Positions 1 to 8,736 of a stretch of DNA of 64,000 nt are shown one piece after another; position 1 is the first letter of the stretch, and each line of letters starts with the position of its first letter. The translations under genes were made by a program, and so were the position numbers. The stretch comes from an uncultured Acidobacteriota bacterium (GTDB taxonomy: Bacteria > Acidobacteriota > Thermoanaerobaculia > Thermoanaerobaculales > Sulfomarinibacteraceae): contig CAVSIS010000051.1 in NCBI GenBank assembly GCA_963727925.1, positions 147,522-211,521 of the forward strand, written 5' to 3'. The notes under the pieces were generated by a model. The model searched no databases, was not told the origin of the DNA, and worked only from the letters and a program-made list of their open reading frames with translations.

Positions 1-94
1 GCGCGGTCGGACCCAGGACCTCTCGAACCAGATAGCGGTCGAGCGCGCCACCGAGCCGCAGGCTGATCCGACGGCGCCTCACGACGGGGGACAC
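1..94 (-). CDS. LptF/LptG (YjgP/YjgQ) family LPS-export permease, N-terminal fragment running off the left edge
   Basis: The minus-strand frame opens with GTG at 94..92 and reads VSPVVRRRRISLRLGGALDRYLVREVLGPTA. A short basic leader followed by LDRY(L/I)xRE is the typical LptF/LptG N-terminus. Only about 31 codons are visible. It is absent from the ORF track because the window edge truncates it. Confidence 0.4.
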   Translation of the reverse strand, partial: MSPVVRRRRISLRLGGALDRYLVREVLGPTA

Positions 95-253
95 TCTCTC
101 GACATCACCGCGGAAGTCTACACGAGCGGGAATGGGACCATCCGCTCGGCTGGCGCTGGCAGCCGCTCGATCACATCCGAACCGGCGGGATACGGGCCCC
201 GAAGCGGGGGGCCGGATCAGCCGACCTCGGACCTGATGGTGGGGGACGCCGGT

Positions 254-350
254 CGCTCCACAGGTTTTCCACAGCGCCCTTGGATTTCCACAGCGCAGGC
301 GCCACATTCAATGTCCGATAAGATATATTATGTAAACTTCAATCAAGCAG
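254..350. promoter_or_regulatory. Cluster of DnaA-box-like 9-mers followed by an AT-rich island (candidate DnaA-binding or unwinding element)
   Basis: TTTTCCACA (265..273) has 1 mismatch to TTATCCACA and ATTTCCACA (284..292) has 2. Weaker CCACA cores occur at 258..262 and 302..306. These are followed by cacattcaatgtccgataagatatattatgtaaacttcaatcaag (about 303..350), where I counted 15 G/C in 48 nt against a GC-rich background. The element lies in a 328-nt non-coding gap just downstream of parB. Confidence 0.35.
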
Positions 351-422
351 CGAGCCTAGAAGCCGGGTGGAAGAATGACTTTCGTCGTGGCCCGTCTCAG
401 AGTCTCCAAGGTGCCCGAGTTG

Positions 423-1352
423 TCAGGACTCCGAACCGGAGGTGCCTCCGTTCGCGCTGCGAAGCTCCCGAAGCATCTCCTCGAGTGCGGCGATGATGTC
501 GCCGGTCGCGGGCTCTGCGTCGGTGCGGAACGACAATGACAGCGTGAACGGTCGACCGGGTCGACTCAGTCGGACGATGAACGGCTTGGTTCGCGCCGCC
601 CCTGCGATCCCATGAGGCGACAGCGCGTCACCGCTCGAATCGTCACTCTGGGAACCCGCGTCTCCTCCTGCAAGTGCCGCACGCAGCCGTCGCAGCTCCG
701 CACGGTCGGCGCCGGCGTGCTCGACAGCATCCAGAAGCGCATGCATGGCCGCCTCATCCGGTGCCTTGGCAAGCTCCAGGAGCACCCCCTTGGCCAAAAT
801 GTCGGCATGCCGACATCGATCGCGGACACTCTCCGGCAGGTCGAGAATGCGCAAGGTTTCGGTCACGGTAACCCGCGACCGTCCAACCGCCGATGCGATC
901 TGCTCATGAGTGTAACGGTACTTCTCCAACAGTGACCGGAATCCGTCTGCCTCCTCGAAAGGCGTCAGGTCCTTGCGCTGGAGGTTCTCGACCAGGGCGA
1001 TCTCGAGTGCGGTTTCGTCCCCGACCGTGAGCTCGATGCACGGAACCTCGGCGAGACCTGCCTGCAGCGCCGCATGGAAACGACGCTCGCCGGACACTAG
1101 CTCGTAGGTGTTGGCGCCATCCTCGCGGCGCCGCACGAGCAGCGGTTCCAATATGCCGTGCTTGCTGATGCTCTTGACCAGCTCCGTGAGATCACCGAGG
1201 GTGCTCCGAGGCTGGTCGTGGTTGGACGTGATGGACCCTATAGGGATCATCCGCCCGAGCCCCTCACCCATCCTCTGAGTCAGCTCGTCGACGTAATGGC
1301 GATCGTGGCGCATGCGACGGCGCTCAGGAAGGCCGCGCTTAACTGCCGACAC
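423..1352 (-). CDS. parB: Chromosome partitioning protein ParB (Spo0J)
   Basis: ORF 423..1397. It carries ParB box motifs (LLVRRRxxxxYELVSGERRFHAALQAGL, IALVENLQRKDLTPFEEA) and an HTH (YTHEQIASAVGRSRVTVTETLR). I trimmed the start to the in-frame GTG at 1352 (VSAVKRGLPERRR), which overlaps the parA stop by 14 nt. ATG at 1313 is an alternative. Confidence 0.9.
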   Translation of the reverse strand: MSAVKRGLPERRRMRHDRHYVDELTQRMGEGLGRMIPIGSITSNHDQPRSTLGDLTELVKSISKHGILEPLLVRRREDGANTYELVSGERRFHAALQAGLAEVPCIELTVGDETALEIALVENLQRKDLTPFEEADGFRSLLEKYRYTHEQIASAVGRSRVTVTETLRILDLPESVRDRCRHADILAKGVLLELAKAPDEAAMHALLDAVEHAGADRAELRRLRAALAGGDAGSQSDDSSGDALSPHGIAGAARTKPFIVRLSRPGRPFTLSLSFRTDAEPATGDIIAALEEMLRELRSANGGTSGSES

Positions 1353-2097
1353 GTTGCAAGACCTCCTCGCACAGTGCGTAGTACTCGAATGCGCCACTCG
1401 AATCGGGCGCGTAGGAAAAGATGCTCTGCCGGTGGGCCGGCGATTCCTCCAGCCGAACTGACTTTGTAATCAGCGTGTCGAACACCAGCTCATGGAAGAC
1501 CTCGACGATCTCCTCATGGACCTGGCGCGACAGCAGGGTGCGCCGGTCAAACATCGTGACCAGCACACCCAGGATGCGCAGCTCGGTATTGGGCCGCGCC
1601 TTGATCTTGTCGATGGTCTCGAGCAGGTCGTCTGTGCCCTCGAGAGCAAAGTACGACGACTGGATCGGGATCAGAACGTGGCTCGAGGCGACCATCGCGT
1701 TGAGGGTGATCAGGCCAAGTGTTGGAGGTGTGTCGATGATGACGGCCTCGTACGAGGACGCAATCCCATCGAGGCAGTCCTTCAGGCGGTAGGGCGCGTC
1801 GAGCTCTCCGACGAGGGACACCTCGAGCTTGGCCATCGCGATACGCGACGGGGCGACATCCAAATTGGGCGTCTGCGAGGGTCGGAGAACCGCCTCCATC
1901 TGTGCGTGTCCCGTGAGGACGTCGAACATGTTCTGGCCGACCTGGTCGAGATCGAGGTTCGACATCGTCGAGTTGGCCTGAGGATCGAGGTCGACGAGGA
2001 GGGTCCGAAGGCCCTTATGTGCGAGGCCGGCGGCGAGATTGATGGCGGTGGTGGTCTTGCCCACTCCACCCTTCTGATTAGCAATGGCGAGGATCAT
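1339..2097 (-). CDS. parA: Chromosome partitioning ATPase ParA/Soj
   Basis: MILAIANQKGGVGKTTTAINLAAGLA has the deviant Walker A, followed by LLVDLDPQANST. It is 252 aa and sits directly upstream of parB. Confidence 0.95.
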   Translation of the reverse strand: MILAIANQKGGVGKTTTAINLAAGLAHKGLRTLLVDLDPQANSTMSNLDLDQVGQNMFDVLTGHAQMEAVLRPSQTPNLDVAPSRIAMAKLEVSLVGELDAPYRLKDCLDGIASSYEAVIIDTPPTLGLITLNAMVASSHVLIPIQSSYFALEGTDDLLETIDKIKARPNTELRILGVLVTMFDRRTLLSRQVHEEIVEVFHELVFDTLITKSVRLEESPAHRQSIFSYAPDSSGAFEYYALCEEVLQRVGS

Positions 2098-2212
2098 GGC
2101 GAGCGTCGGCCTCCGCTTCGGTGGAGGTCAAACTGTAGCGGCCAGAGCGGGGGCTGTCAACGAGAAGTGCTGCTTCAGCGTTACTCAGGTCACGCCGAAG
2201 CTGCTGGAAGGG

Positions 2213-2713
2213 CTACATTTCGTACTCGCCCAGGTCCTCGGGCTGGAGCCGCTCGAGGACGGCCCGAAGAACCTCTTCGGTTCGACCGTCGTCGTGGTGG
2301 GCGTGCTCGAGGACCTCCTCGCTCACCAGAATGGGGACTCCGGCGCGTAGCGCAATGGCAATGGCGTCCGAGGGGCGGGCGTCGACGACGCAGGCATGGT
2401 CGCCGTTGTTGAGGTGGATCGCAGCAAAGAACACACCCTCCCGGAGAGAGTGGATGTGGACGTGGTCGATCGCGTGCCGAGTCGCCTCGAGCAGGGAGAG
2501 CGCAAGGTCATGGGTCATCGGCCGGGGCGTGACGACGCCTTCCAATTGGAGCGCGATGGCGTTGGCTTCACAAACACCGATCCAGATCGGCAGGAAGCGC
2601 TCGCGGCCAGGCTCCTCGAGGACGACGACCGGCATCTTGGAGACGGGATCCATCATCATCGCCTTGATGTGCATCCGAATCGACACGGGGTTTGGAGCAG
2701 TGACATCAGCCAT
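2213..2713 (-). CDS. Bifunctional nuclease family protein (DUF151/BFN)
   Basis: The C-terminal 166 aa of ORF 2213..2956 match the DUF151 pattern (PVVVLEE...FLPIWIGxxEAxAIALxLEG...PRPMTHDL...V.I..L.xGVFFA...VDARPSDAIAIALR). I trimmed the start to ATG 2713 (MADVTAPNP) because miaB ends at 2745. Confidence 0.8.
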   Translation of the reverse strand: MADVTAPNPVSIRMHIKAMMMDPVSKMPVVVLEEPGRERFLPIWIGVCEANAIALQLEGVVTPRPMTHDLALSLLEATRHAIDHVHIHSLREGVFFAAIHLNNGDHACVVDARPSDAIAIALRAGVPILVSEEVLEHAHHDDGRTEEVLRAVLERLQPEDLGEYEM

Positions 2714-2744
2714 ATATTCAATGTGTCGGGTGCCACGATGCCTG

Positions 2745-4097
2745 TCAAGACGCCGCACTCTCTCCCTCTGGGTCCCCGGTGCGCAGGTCAGCGACACCGG
2801 CGATAATCTCGCCGACCAGGGAGTGGGGCCCCGCTCTGGTGATGCGGACCTGGACGATGTCCCCCACCCTCTCGGCGTCTTGCCGGGAGAAGTTGACCAC
2901 GCGGTTGTCCTCTCCCCTCCCCTGCCACTGGGCTTCGCCGCGCCGGCTCGTACCATCGATCAGGACCGGGACGACCGAGCCAACGATCCTTTGATTGAGC
3001 TCCAATGAAATCCGGTGGGTGAGAGCGAACAGACGCTGGAGCCTCTCTCCAGCCTCCTCGGCGGGGACCTGAAGTTCGTAGCGTGCTGCGGGCGTCCGCG
3101 GTCGTGCAGAGTACGCGAACGCGAACACCTGTCCGAAACGGACCTGCTCGAGCAGCTCGAGCGTGTCGAGGAAGTCCCTCTCGGTCTCACCGGGGAAGCC
3201 GACAATGATGTCGGTGGAGAGGTTGACGTCTGGAACAGATCTGCGCAGCCGTTCGACTAGGTCGAGGTATTCCTCCCGGGTGTAGCGCCGGTGCATGCGG
3301 CGGAGAACGGCGTCGGACCCTGACTGGACCGGCAGATGGAGGTAGCGGGAGACCTTCGGATGTTGGGCCAGGGTGTCGATCAGGCGATCGGAGAAGTGCC
3401 GGGGGTGGGAGGTGATGAAGCGCACACGCTCGAGCCCGTGCACTCCGGCGACCCGATCCAGGAGCTCTGCAAAGTCCGCCCCGGAGTTCGGACACCGATA
3501 GGCGTTGATGGTCTGCCCCAGCAGCTCGACCTCTTTGAGGCCGCTGGCGACGAGATGGCAGGCCTCGGCAATCACGTCCACGACGGGACGACTGACCTCA
3601 CGCCCTCGGGTGTAAGGGACGACGCAGAAGGTGCAGAACTCGTTGCAGCCTTCGACAACGGTGATCATGCCTCGAGTAGAGCTGGTCCGGAAAATGGTGT
3701 GGAAGTTGTACTCCTGCTCGGCGTCGAAGCCCGTGAGCACCGGTCGTTGTCCCTGATCGACCAACCGAAGTGCGTCAGTGAGTCGGCCGTTCTGGCCGGG
3801 TCCGAGAATGAACCCCACGGTGGGCGACCGCGCGAGGAGCTTCTCCCCTTCCTGCTGGGCCACGCAGCCACAGATGCCGATCAGTGGCGGTACCGATGTG
3901 TTGGCAAGCTCTCCGATCCGGGAGACGATCTTCTGGACCGGCTTTTCGCGCACTGAACATGTGTTCAGAAGCACGAGGTCGGCTGATGCGGCAGTGTCCG
4001 CCGGAGTGAAACCCAGGGCACGAAGCTGGCCCTCGAGGTGCTCGCTGTCATGCTGGTTCATCTGACAGCCCCAGGTTTCAATGACGTACGTTCGCAT
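2745..4097 (-). CDS. miaB: tRNA-i6A37 methylthiotransferase MiaB (radical SAM)
   Basis: MRTYVIETWGCQMNQHDSE forms the N-terminal UPF0004 Cys cluster together with LLNTCSVREKP. The radical-SAM motif is CNEFCTFCVVPYTRGRE, and a C-terminal TRAM region is present. 450 aa. Confidence 0.92.
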   Translation of the reverse strand: MRTYVIETWGCQMNQHDSEHLEGQLRALGFTPADTAASADLVLLNTCSVREKPVQKIVSRIGELANTSVPPLIGICGCVAQQEGEKLLARSPTVGFILGPGQNGRLTDALRLVDQGQRPVLTGFDAEQEYNFHTIFRTSSTRGMITVVEGCNEFCTFCVVPYTRGREVSRPVVDVIAEACHLVASGLKEVELLGQTINAYRCPNSGADFAELLDRVAGVHGLERVRFITSHPRHFSDRLIDTLAQHPKVSRYLHLPVQSGSDAVLRRMHRRYTREEYLDLVERLRRSVPDVNLSTDIIVGFPGETERDFLDTLELLEQVRFGQVFAFAYSARPRTPAARYELQVPAEEAGERLQRLFALTHRISLELNQRIVGSVVPVLIDGTSRRGEAQWQGRGEDNRVVNFSRQDAERVGDIVQVRITRAGPHSLVGEIIAGVADLRTGDPEGESAAS

Positions 4098-4160
4098 TCA
4101 ACTTGTCTCCACACAGAGCAAGGAGCCGCCGCCTATGATGGGCGCGGAGCCGAACCGGGC

Positions 4161-4817
4161 TCAGGGCCTGAGATCGCGGAACCAGCCCGGCAAGGCGCCG
4201 TCTCGGCGAGCATCCTCGAGGATCTGGTCGAGCTTGGCCTGTTCGCTCGGAAGCCGATCCTTGAGCTGCTGAGACTCGGCCAGCGCCCGGTCAAGACTGG
4301 GCTTGATGACTCCGTCCCGGTACGCCGGATCGTCCCAGGCGTAGAACTGTGTCCACAGCTTCGGTATCTCGGAGTCAAGCTCCGCAATGCGATTCTCGAT
4401 GATCTGGACTGTCTTCTGCTGCCCCGAGTAGCGACTCCGCCAGAACCCGCGCTTCTGGTCGTCGGTCATTGTTCCGGTCGCACCCTCTTCGGCACCGGCC
4501 TGGTCGGTGCTCCGGTTGATCTCGACATACCGGCCAGAGTCGGTCCTCCCGCCGCTTGAGGTGGTGAGCGAGCCCTTCTCGGAGAGCGTGGACAGGCTTG
4601 AGTTGGAGATCACGACCTTGCCCTCGCCGTCCCGTGCGGCTGGGCGGAGCTTGATCCGCCTGGCCAGGTCGGAGAGCGAGCTGGCTCTGGGTGTCGGAGT
4701 CGGTGTCGCTCCGATGCCCTTGGACTGTGCCTCGGCAATCGCGAGCGGCGCGACGGTCGCGACCATCACGGCCGCTGCAATCGCGATGCCCTTTGCTCGT
4801 GTGCTGAAATGGCTCAT
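4161..4817 (-). CDS. Secreted hypothetical protein with coiled-coil C-terminus
   Basis: I trimmed the start to ATG 4817, which has GGAGA upstream. MSHFSTRAKGIAIAAAVMVATVAPLAIAEAQ looks like a signal peptide. A Ser/Thr/Pro-rich linker and a helical C-terminal part follow. I recognise no family. Confidence 0.5.
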   Translation of the reverse strand: MSHFSTRAKGIAIAAAVMVATVAPLAIAEAQSKGIGATPTPTPRASSLSDLARRIKLRPAARDGEGKVVISNSSLSTLSEKGSLTTSSGGRTDSGRYVEINRSTDQAGAEEGATGTMTDDQKRGFWRSRYSGQQKTVQIIENRIAELDSEIPKLWTQFYAWDDPAYRDGVIKPSLDRALAESQQLKDRLPSEQAKLDQILEDARRDGALPGWFRDLRP

Positions 4818-4887
4818 CGTCGTCTCCCCACCGTGGCTTCTAGGCCGCGCCATGGCCGCGCGCTCGACCGGCGCCACGAACGCCGCG

Positions 4888-5259
4888 TCATGGTTCAGAT
4901 GTCCCCTCTCGCCCGTAACGATCCTCGAGACGAACGACGTCGTCGATCTGAGGAGTCGACACCTCGAGAATCGAGCAGTCGGTACGGGCGGCCATCCGGT
5001 GCAACAGACCCGGAGGCACGTGAAACACTGAACCGGGAACAAGTACGAGGGTCACGAGCGCGTCTCGGTCGGGTCCAGCGGTCAGCTCGAGCTCGCCGTC
5101 GAGCAACCGGAGGGTTTCTTCCTTGACCTCATGGTATTGCAGGCTCAAGGCTTCGCCGGCTCGGACGAAGAGGATCTTCCCGACGTAGGCGTCGGTTTCC
5201 GCAAAGATCTCCTCGTGTCCCCATGGCTTTTCGACGAATCGGGCTGGCCTGTGACCCAT
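4888..5259 (-). CDS. Cupin-domain protein (mannose-6-phosphate isomerase type II C-terminal-like)
   Basis: EKPWGHEEIFAETDAYVGKILFVRAGEALSLQYHEVKEETLRLLDGE...VFHVPPGLLHRM is the cupin GxxxSLQxHxxKxE / PxGxxHR pattern. Start ATG 5259 is chosen because ptsI ends at 5273. Confidence 0.65.
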   Translation of the reverse strand: MGHRPARFVEKPWGHEEIFAETDAYVGKILFVRAGEALSLQYHEVKEETLRLLDGELELTAGPDRDALVTLVLVPGSVFHVPPGLLHRMAARTDCSILEVSTPQIDDVVRLEDRYGREGTSEP

Positions 5260-5272
5260 CACATGATGCTCC

Positions 5273-7036
5273 CTATACACGAATCTTGGTTTTCGCCAGT
5301 GAGATGGCAAGCTGCTCCATCAGGAACTCCTCGACGTCGCGGGCAGTTACCATCTGTCGGGCCTGGCGGGCCATGTGCACCGTCTCGCGATACGAGAGCT
5401 GCCGAATGAGGCTGCGAATGACCGGGACGGCGAGCGGGTTCATGCTGAAGCGGCGCAGTCCGAGCCCCACCAGGACCGGAACCATCAACGGGTCGGCCGC
5501 CATCTCACCGCACATGGTCACGTCAACGCCTGCGGCTTCACCCGCGGCAATGACGTCGGCAATCAGACGGAGAACAGCTGGGCTGGTCGGACGATAGAGG
5601 TCCGCGACGAGATCGTTGCCCCGGTCCACGGCAAGGGTGTACTGGATCAGATCGTTTGTGCCGATGGACAGGAAGTCGACCTCCTTGGCCAGCTCATCGG
5701 CCATGACAGCGGCGGACGGGACCTCGACCATGGCGCCCAGAGGGGGCAGGAACGGAATGTCGGTCCCTTCCCCGCGCAGCTCGTCGGCGAGCTGACGGAC
5801 CAGCAAACGGGCAAGCCGGACCTCTTCGATGCCGGAGATGAGCGGAAACATCACCCGCACCGTACCCTCCGGGAACTCGACTGCGACCCGGAGCAGCGCA
5901 CGAAGTTGAGTACTGAAGAACTCGCGCTTGTGCAGGCACAGGCGGATGCCGCGCAATCCCAGGACGGGGTTGGCCTCGATGTTGCCCATCATCTCTCGGC
6001 CGAGCTTCTTGCCGCCGAGGTCATAGGTCCGTATGGTGACGGGGCGACCCTCCATACGTCCGACCAGGGATCGATAGTAGTCGACGTGGTCGTCCTCGGT
6101 CGGCATCTCCGGGCTCATGCGCATGTAGAGGAACTCTGAGCGGTACAGGCCCACGCCCATCACGTTCCAGTGGATCGCCTGCTCAACCTCAGCAGGAAGG
6201 TCGATGTTGGCGAGCAGGAACAGCCGGTGGCCGTCTCGGGTCACGGTGGGAAGCGATCGGACCTGGGCAAGCTGCGCCTGCTGCTCCTGATAGTCGTGCT
6301 GCCGTGAGGTGTACTCCGCGAGCTCGGCCGGGTTCGGGTCGATGACGACCTTGCCTTCGAACCCGTCGACGGTGACCATCCGGGAGAGGCGCGCCGCCTC
6401 GCACACGCCGTGTGCGCCGACGATCACGGGGATTCCGAACGACCGAGCGATGATCGTGGTGTGGGCGGTAGGCCCGCCGGTCTCCAGTGCGAAACCGAGG
6501 ATCTTGTCCAGCGGGAGCTGAACGGCCTGCGACGGCAACAGGTCATCTGCGACCAGAATGACCGGGCGATCGAGCTCGCGCAGCTGGTGGAGGTCATGAC
6601 CCCGAAGCGCGTGCATGATCTGGGTGGCGACGTCGATCACGTCGAGGCGTCGTTCCGACAGGTGGATGTCTTCGAGAGCCGCGAACCTGGCCACCAGCCG
6701 CTCCACCACCTGGTCGAGGGCCCACTCGGCGTTCACCCTCTCGGCCCGGATGCTGTGTTCCACGGGCCCCGTCAGCGACGGGTCCGAGGCAATCAGGCAG
6801 TGCGCTTCGAAGATCGCGGCGTACTCCTCCCCCATCTGCCGGACGGCGCGCTCCTGGTGGTCGCGGATCCGGGTCACGGTCTCCGCAACCGCGGTCCGGA
6901 AGCGCTCGACCTCGGCCTCGACTTCGGCCGACCCTATCGGGATCCGGAGAGTGGCAATGGGACGGGTCTCATGCACGACCGGCTCGCCGATCGCGATTCC
7001 CGGGCTCACGCCCAGCCCTCGGAGATGCCGGCTCAC
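5273..7036 (-). CDS. ptsI: Phosphoenolpyruvate-protein phosphotransferase (PTS Enzyme I)
   Basis: 587 aa. The GGPTAHTTIIARSFGIPV block carries the active-site His. The PEP-utilising C-terminal domain shows FLSIGTNDLIQYTLAVDR and MCGEMA. The GTG start overlaps the ptsH stop as GTGA. Confidence 0.93.
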   Translation of the reverse strand: MSRHLRGLGVSPGIAIGEPVVHETRPIATLRIPIGSAEVEAEVERFRTAVAETVTRIRDHQERAVRQMGEEYAAIFEAHCLIASDPSLTGPVEHSIRAERVNAEWALDQVVERLVARFAALEDIHLSERRLDVIDVATQIMHALRGHDLHQLRELDRPVILVADDLLPSQAVQLPLDKILGFALETGGPTAHTTIIARSFGIPVIVGAHGVCEAARLSRMVTVDGFEGKVVIDPNPAELAEYTSRQHDYQEQQAQLAQVRSLPTVTRDGHRLFLLANIDLPAEVEQAIHWNVMGVGLYRSEFLYMRMSPEMPTEDDHVDYYRSLVGRMEGRPVTIRTYDLGGKKLGREMMGNIEANPVLGLRGIRLCLHKREFFSTQLRALLRVAVEFPEGTVRVMFPLISGIEEVRLARLLVRQLADELRGEGTDIPFLPPLGAMVEVPSAAVMADELAKEVDFLSIGTNDLIQYTLAVDRGNDLVADLYRPTSPAVLRLIADVIAAGEAAGVDVTMCGEMAADPLMVPVLVGLGLRRFSMNPLAVPVIRSLIRQLSYRETVHMARQARQMVTARDVEEFLMEQLAISLAKTKIRV

Positions 7037-7302
7037 TCGCCCTCCCCGAACCGGTTGGCGAAGAGGTCGACAATCGCCTGGACGGCCTGCTCCTCGTCGG
7101 CTCCCTCGGCGCGGACGGCCAGTGGCGTGCCCTTGGTCGCCGCCAGAGTCAGGAGGCCGAGGATCGACTTTGCATTGACCTCCTCATCTGCCGCGCCGAT
7201 GAAGATGTCAGAAGAGAACTCGTTGGCAGTGTGGACCACCTTGGCAGCAGCTCGCGCGTGCAGCCCCAGCCGATTGGTGATCCGAACCTGCTCAACCTTC
7301 AT
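7033..7302 (-). CDS. ptsH: Phosphocarrier protein HPr
   Basis: 89 aa. ITNRLGLHARAAA carries His15 and VNAKSILGLLTL carries Ser46, the HprK target. GGAGAG SD lies upstream. Confidence 0.9.
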   Translation of the reverse strand: MKVEQVRITNRLGLHARAAAKVVHTANEFSSDIFIGAADEEVNAKSILGLLTLAATKGTPLAVRAEGADEEQAVQAIVDLFANRFGEGE

Positions 7303-7447
7303 TTCTGCTCTCTCTCCTCGGGAGTGACTCCGGTGTTCTTTCGTTCTCGGGAAGCGACGAGTGCCGCAGCATCCGCTTCGTCACGCGGTCGCTGCGCTCC
7401 GGGTATTGTACCGTGAGTCCGCGGTTCGTCCGGAAGGGCGAGGAGGC

Positions 7448-7864
7448 TCAGCTCGGCGCCGGAGTCCGCAGAAACTCGCTCGCCAGTCGGATGCTCTTCT
7501 GGCCCGCCTTGGTAACGTTCTCGGCCAGCTCCTTGACCGACATTCCACGCTGACGCAGCGAGCCGAGCTTGACCAGCATGGGGAGGTTGACGCCTGTGAC
7601 GACCTCAACCCGATCCGGGAGCAGATGTGGGAGCGCGACATTGGTCGCAGTGCCGCCGAACATGTCGGTCAGGATCAACACACCCTCACCTTGATCGAGC
7701 TCTCGGATCTTGGCCTTCACGGTTCGCCCCGCCTCGTCAGAGGTCACATCCCACGGGAGCGGGAGAGAGAACGATCTCTCGGCCACGTGAGGATCGATTG
7801 TCTGAGCCGCCTGGAGCAGCTCATCGGCCAGAGTTCCGTGGGTGAGCACCAGGATCGGGATCAT
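7448..7864 (-). CDS. PTS EIIA component, mannose/fructose family
   Basis: MIPILVLTHGTLADELL carries the THG phospho-His, followed by GEGVLILTDMFGGT. I trimmed the start to ATG 7864, which forms an ATGA overlap with the rapZ stop (7861..7863). Confidence 0.8.
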   Translation of the reverse strand: MIPILVLTHGTLADELLQAAQTIDPHVAERSFSLPLPWDVTSDEAGRTVKAKIRELDQGEGVLILTDMFGGTATNVALPHLLPDRVEVVTGVNLPMLVKLGSLRQRGMSVKELAENVTKAGQKSIRLASEFLRTPAPS

Positions 7865-8736
7865 GGGAACCTCCAACGATCCTTGTCACGGTGATCGATG
7901 ACGGCCCGGTAGCCCGCGTCCCGTATCGATGAGGCGAGACGCTCGGCGACGTAGACCGAACGGTGCCGTCCGCCCGTGCAGCCAACGGCAATGGTGACGT
8001 GGGTCTTGAGCTCTGCGCCATACCGCGGCAGGAGCCACGTCACGAGGTCGCTCATGCGACCCACCGCTTCCTCGACCTCGGGGTGTCGCCCGAGCCAGGT
8101 GCGGACGACCGGATCGTCGCCGGCCAACGCTCGCAGGGACTCCTCGAAGTATGGATTGGGGAGGAACCGGACGTCGAAGACCAGGCTCGCGGTGGGCGGA
8201 ACACCCTGAAGGTACGAGAAGCTCTGGACCTCCACCGACAGCAGCTCCTGAGCGCTTTCGCCGATGCCGGCTAGGTCCAAGACATGTCGCCGCAGATCAT
8301 GCGGCGAGAGCTGATTGGTGTCGATGATGAGATCGGCAAGGGTCCTCACCGGTGCCAGGGACCGGGCTTCGTCAGCGATCGCACGCTCGATGTTGCGATC
8401 CCGGAGCGGATGCGGGCGCCGCGAGACGGAGAACCTTCGAAGCAGGACCTCTGGCGATGCCTCGACGAAGATCAGCCGGAGGGTAGGGCTCGCCGCTTTG
8501 AGCTCGCGGCACACAGCGGGGAAGGCCTCGGTGAAGCCTTTCGTCCGCACGTCCAGAACAACGACCAGTCGCACGAGGTCGGCGGCCGAACGTTCGAACA
8601 ACGACTGGACGAGGTCCAACGGAATATTGTCGACGCACTGATAGCCGATGTCTTCAAGTCCCCGACTGAGTACGGTCTTGCCCGACCCGGAAAGCCCGGT
8701 GATGACGAACGGGCCGCGGAAGGCAAACTCAGCCAT
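7861..8736 (-). CDS. rapZ: RNase adapter / P-loop protein RapZ (YhbJ/YvcJ)
   Basis: The motifs are MAEFAFRGPFVITGLSGSGKTV (P-loop), YQCVDNIPL, FLPNPYF and AVGCTGGRHRSV. I trimmed the start to ATG 8736, an 8-nt overlap with the end of hprK. Confidence 0.88.
   Translation of the reverse strand: MAEFAFRGPFVITGLSGSGKTVLSRGLEDIGYQCVDNIPLDLVQSLFERSAADLVRLVVVLDVRTKGFTEAFPAVCRELKAASPTLRLIFVEASPEVLLRRFSVSRRPHPLRDRNIERAIADEARSLAPVRTLADLIIDTNQLSPHDLRRHVLDLAGIGESAQELLSVEVQSFSYLQGVPPTASLVFDVRFLPNPYFEESLRALAGDDPVVRTWLGRHPEVEEAVGRMSDLVTWLLPRYGAELKTHVTIAVGCTGGRHRSVYVAERLASSIRDAGYRAVIDHRDKDRWRFP

Noticed and set aside
236-496. ORF 236..496(+) (and the longer open frame from position 2) as coding
   Set aside because: It has no SD and no family resemblance. 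It runs through the DnaA-box/AT-rich region and into the 3' end of parB on the opposite strand. I treat it as non-coding.
5012-5027. parS-like sequence ggaggCACGTGAAACA
   Set aside because: Only the right half matches the TGTTTCACGTGAAACA consensus; there are 4 mismatches, all in the left arm. It lies inside the cupin gene. It is too weak to call a ParB site without a search of the whole region.
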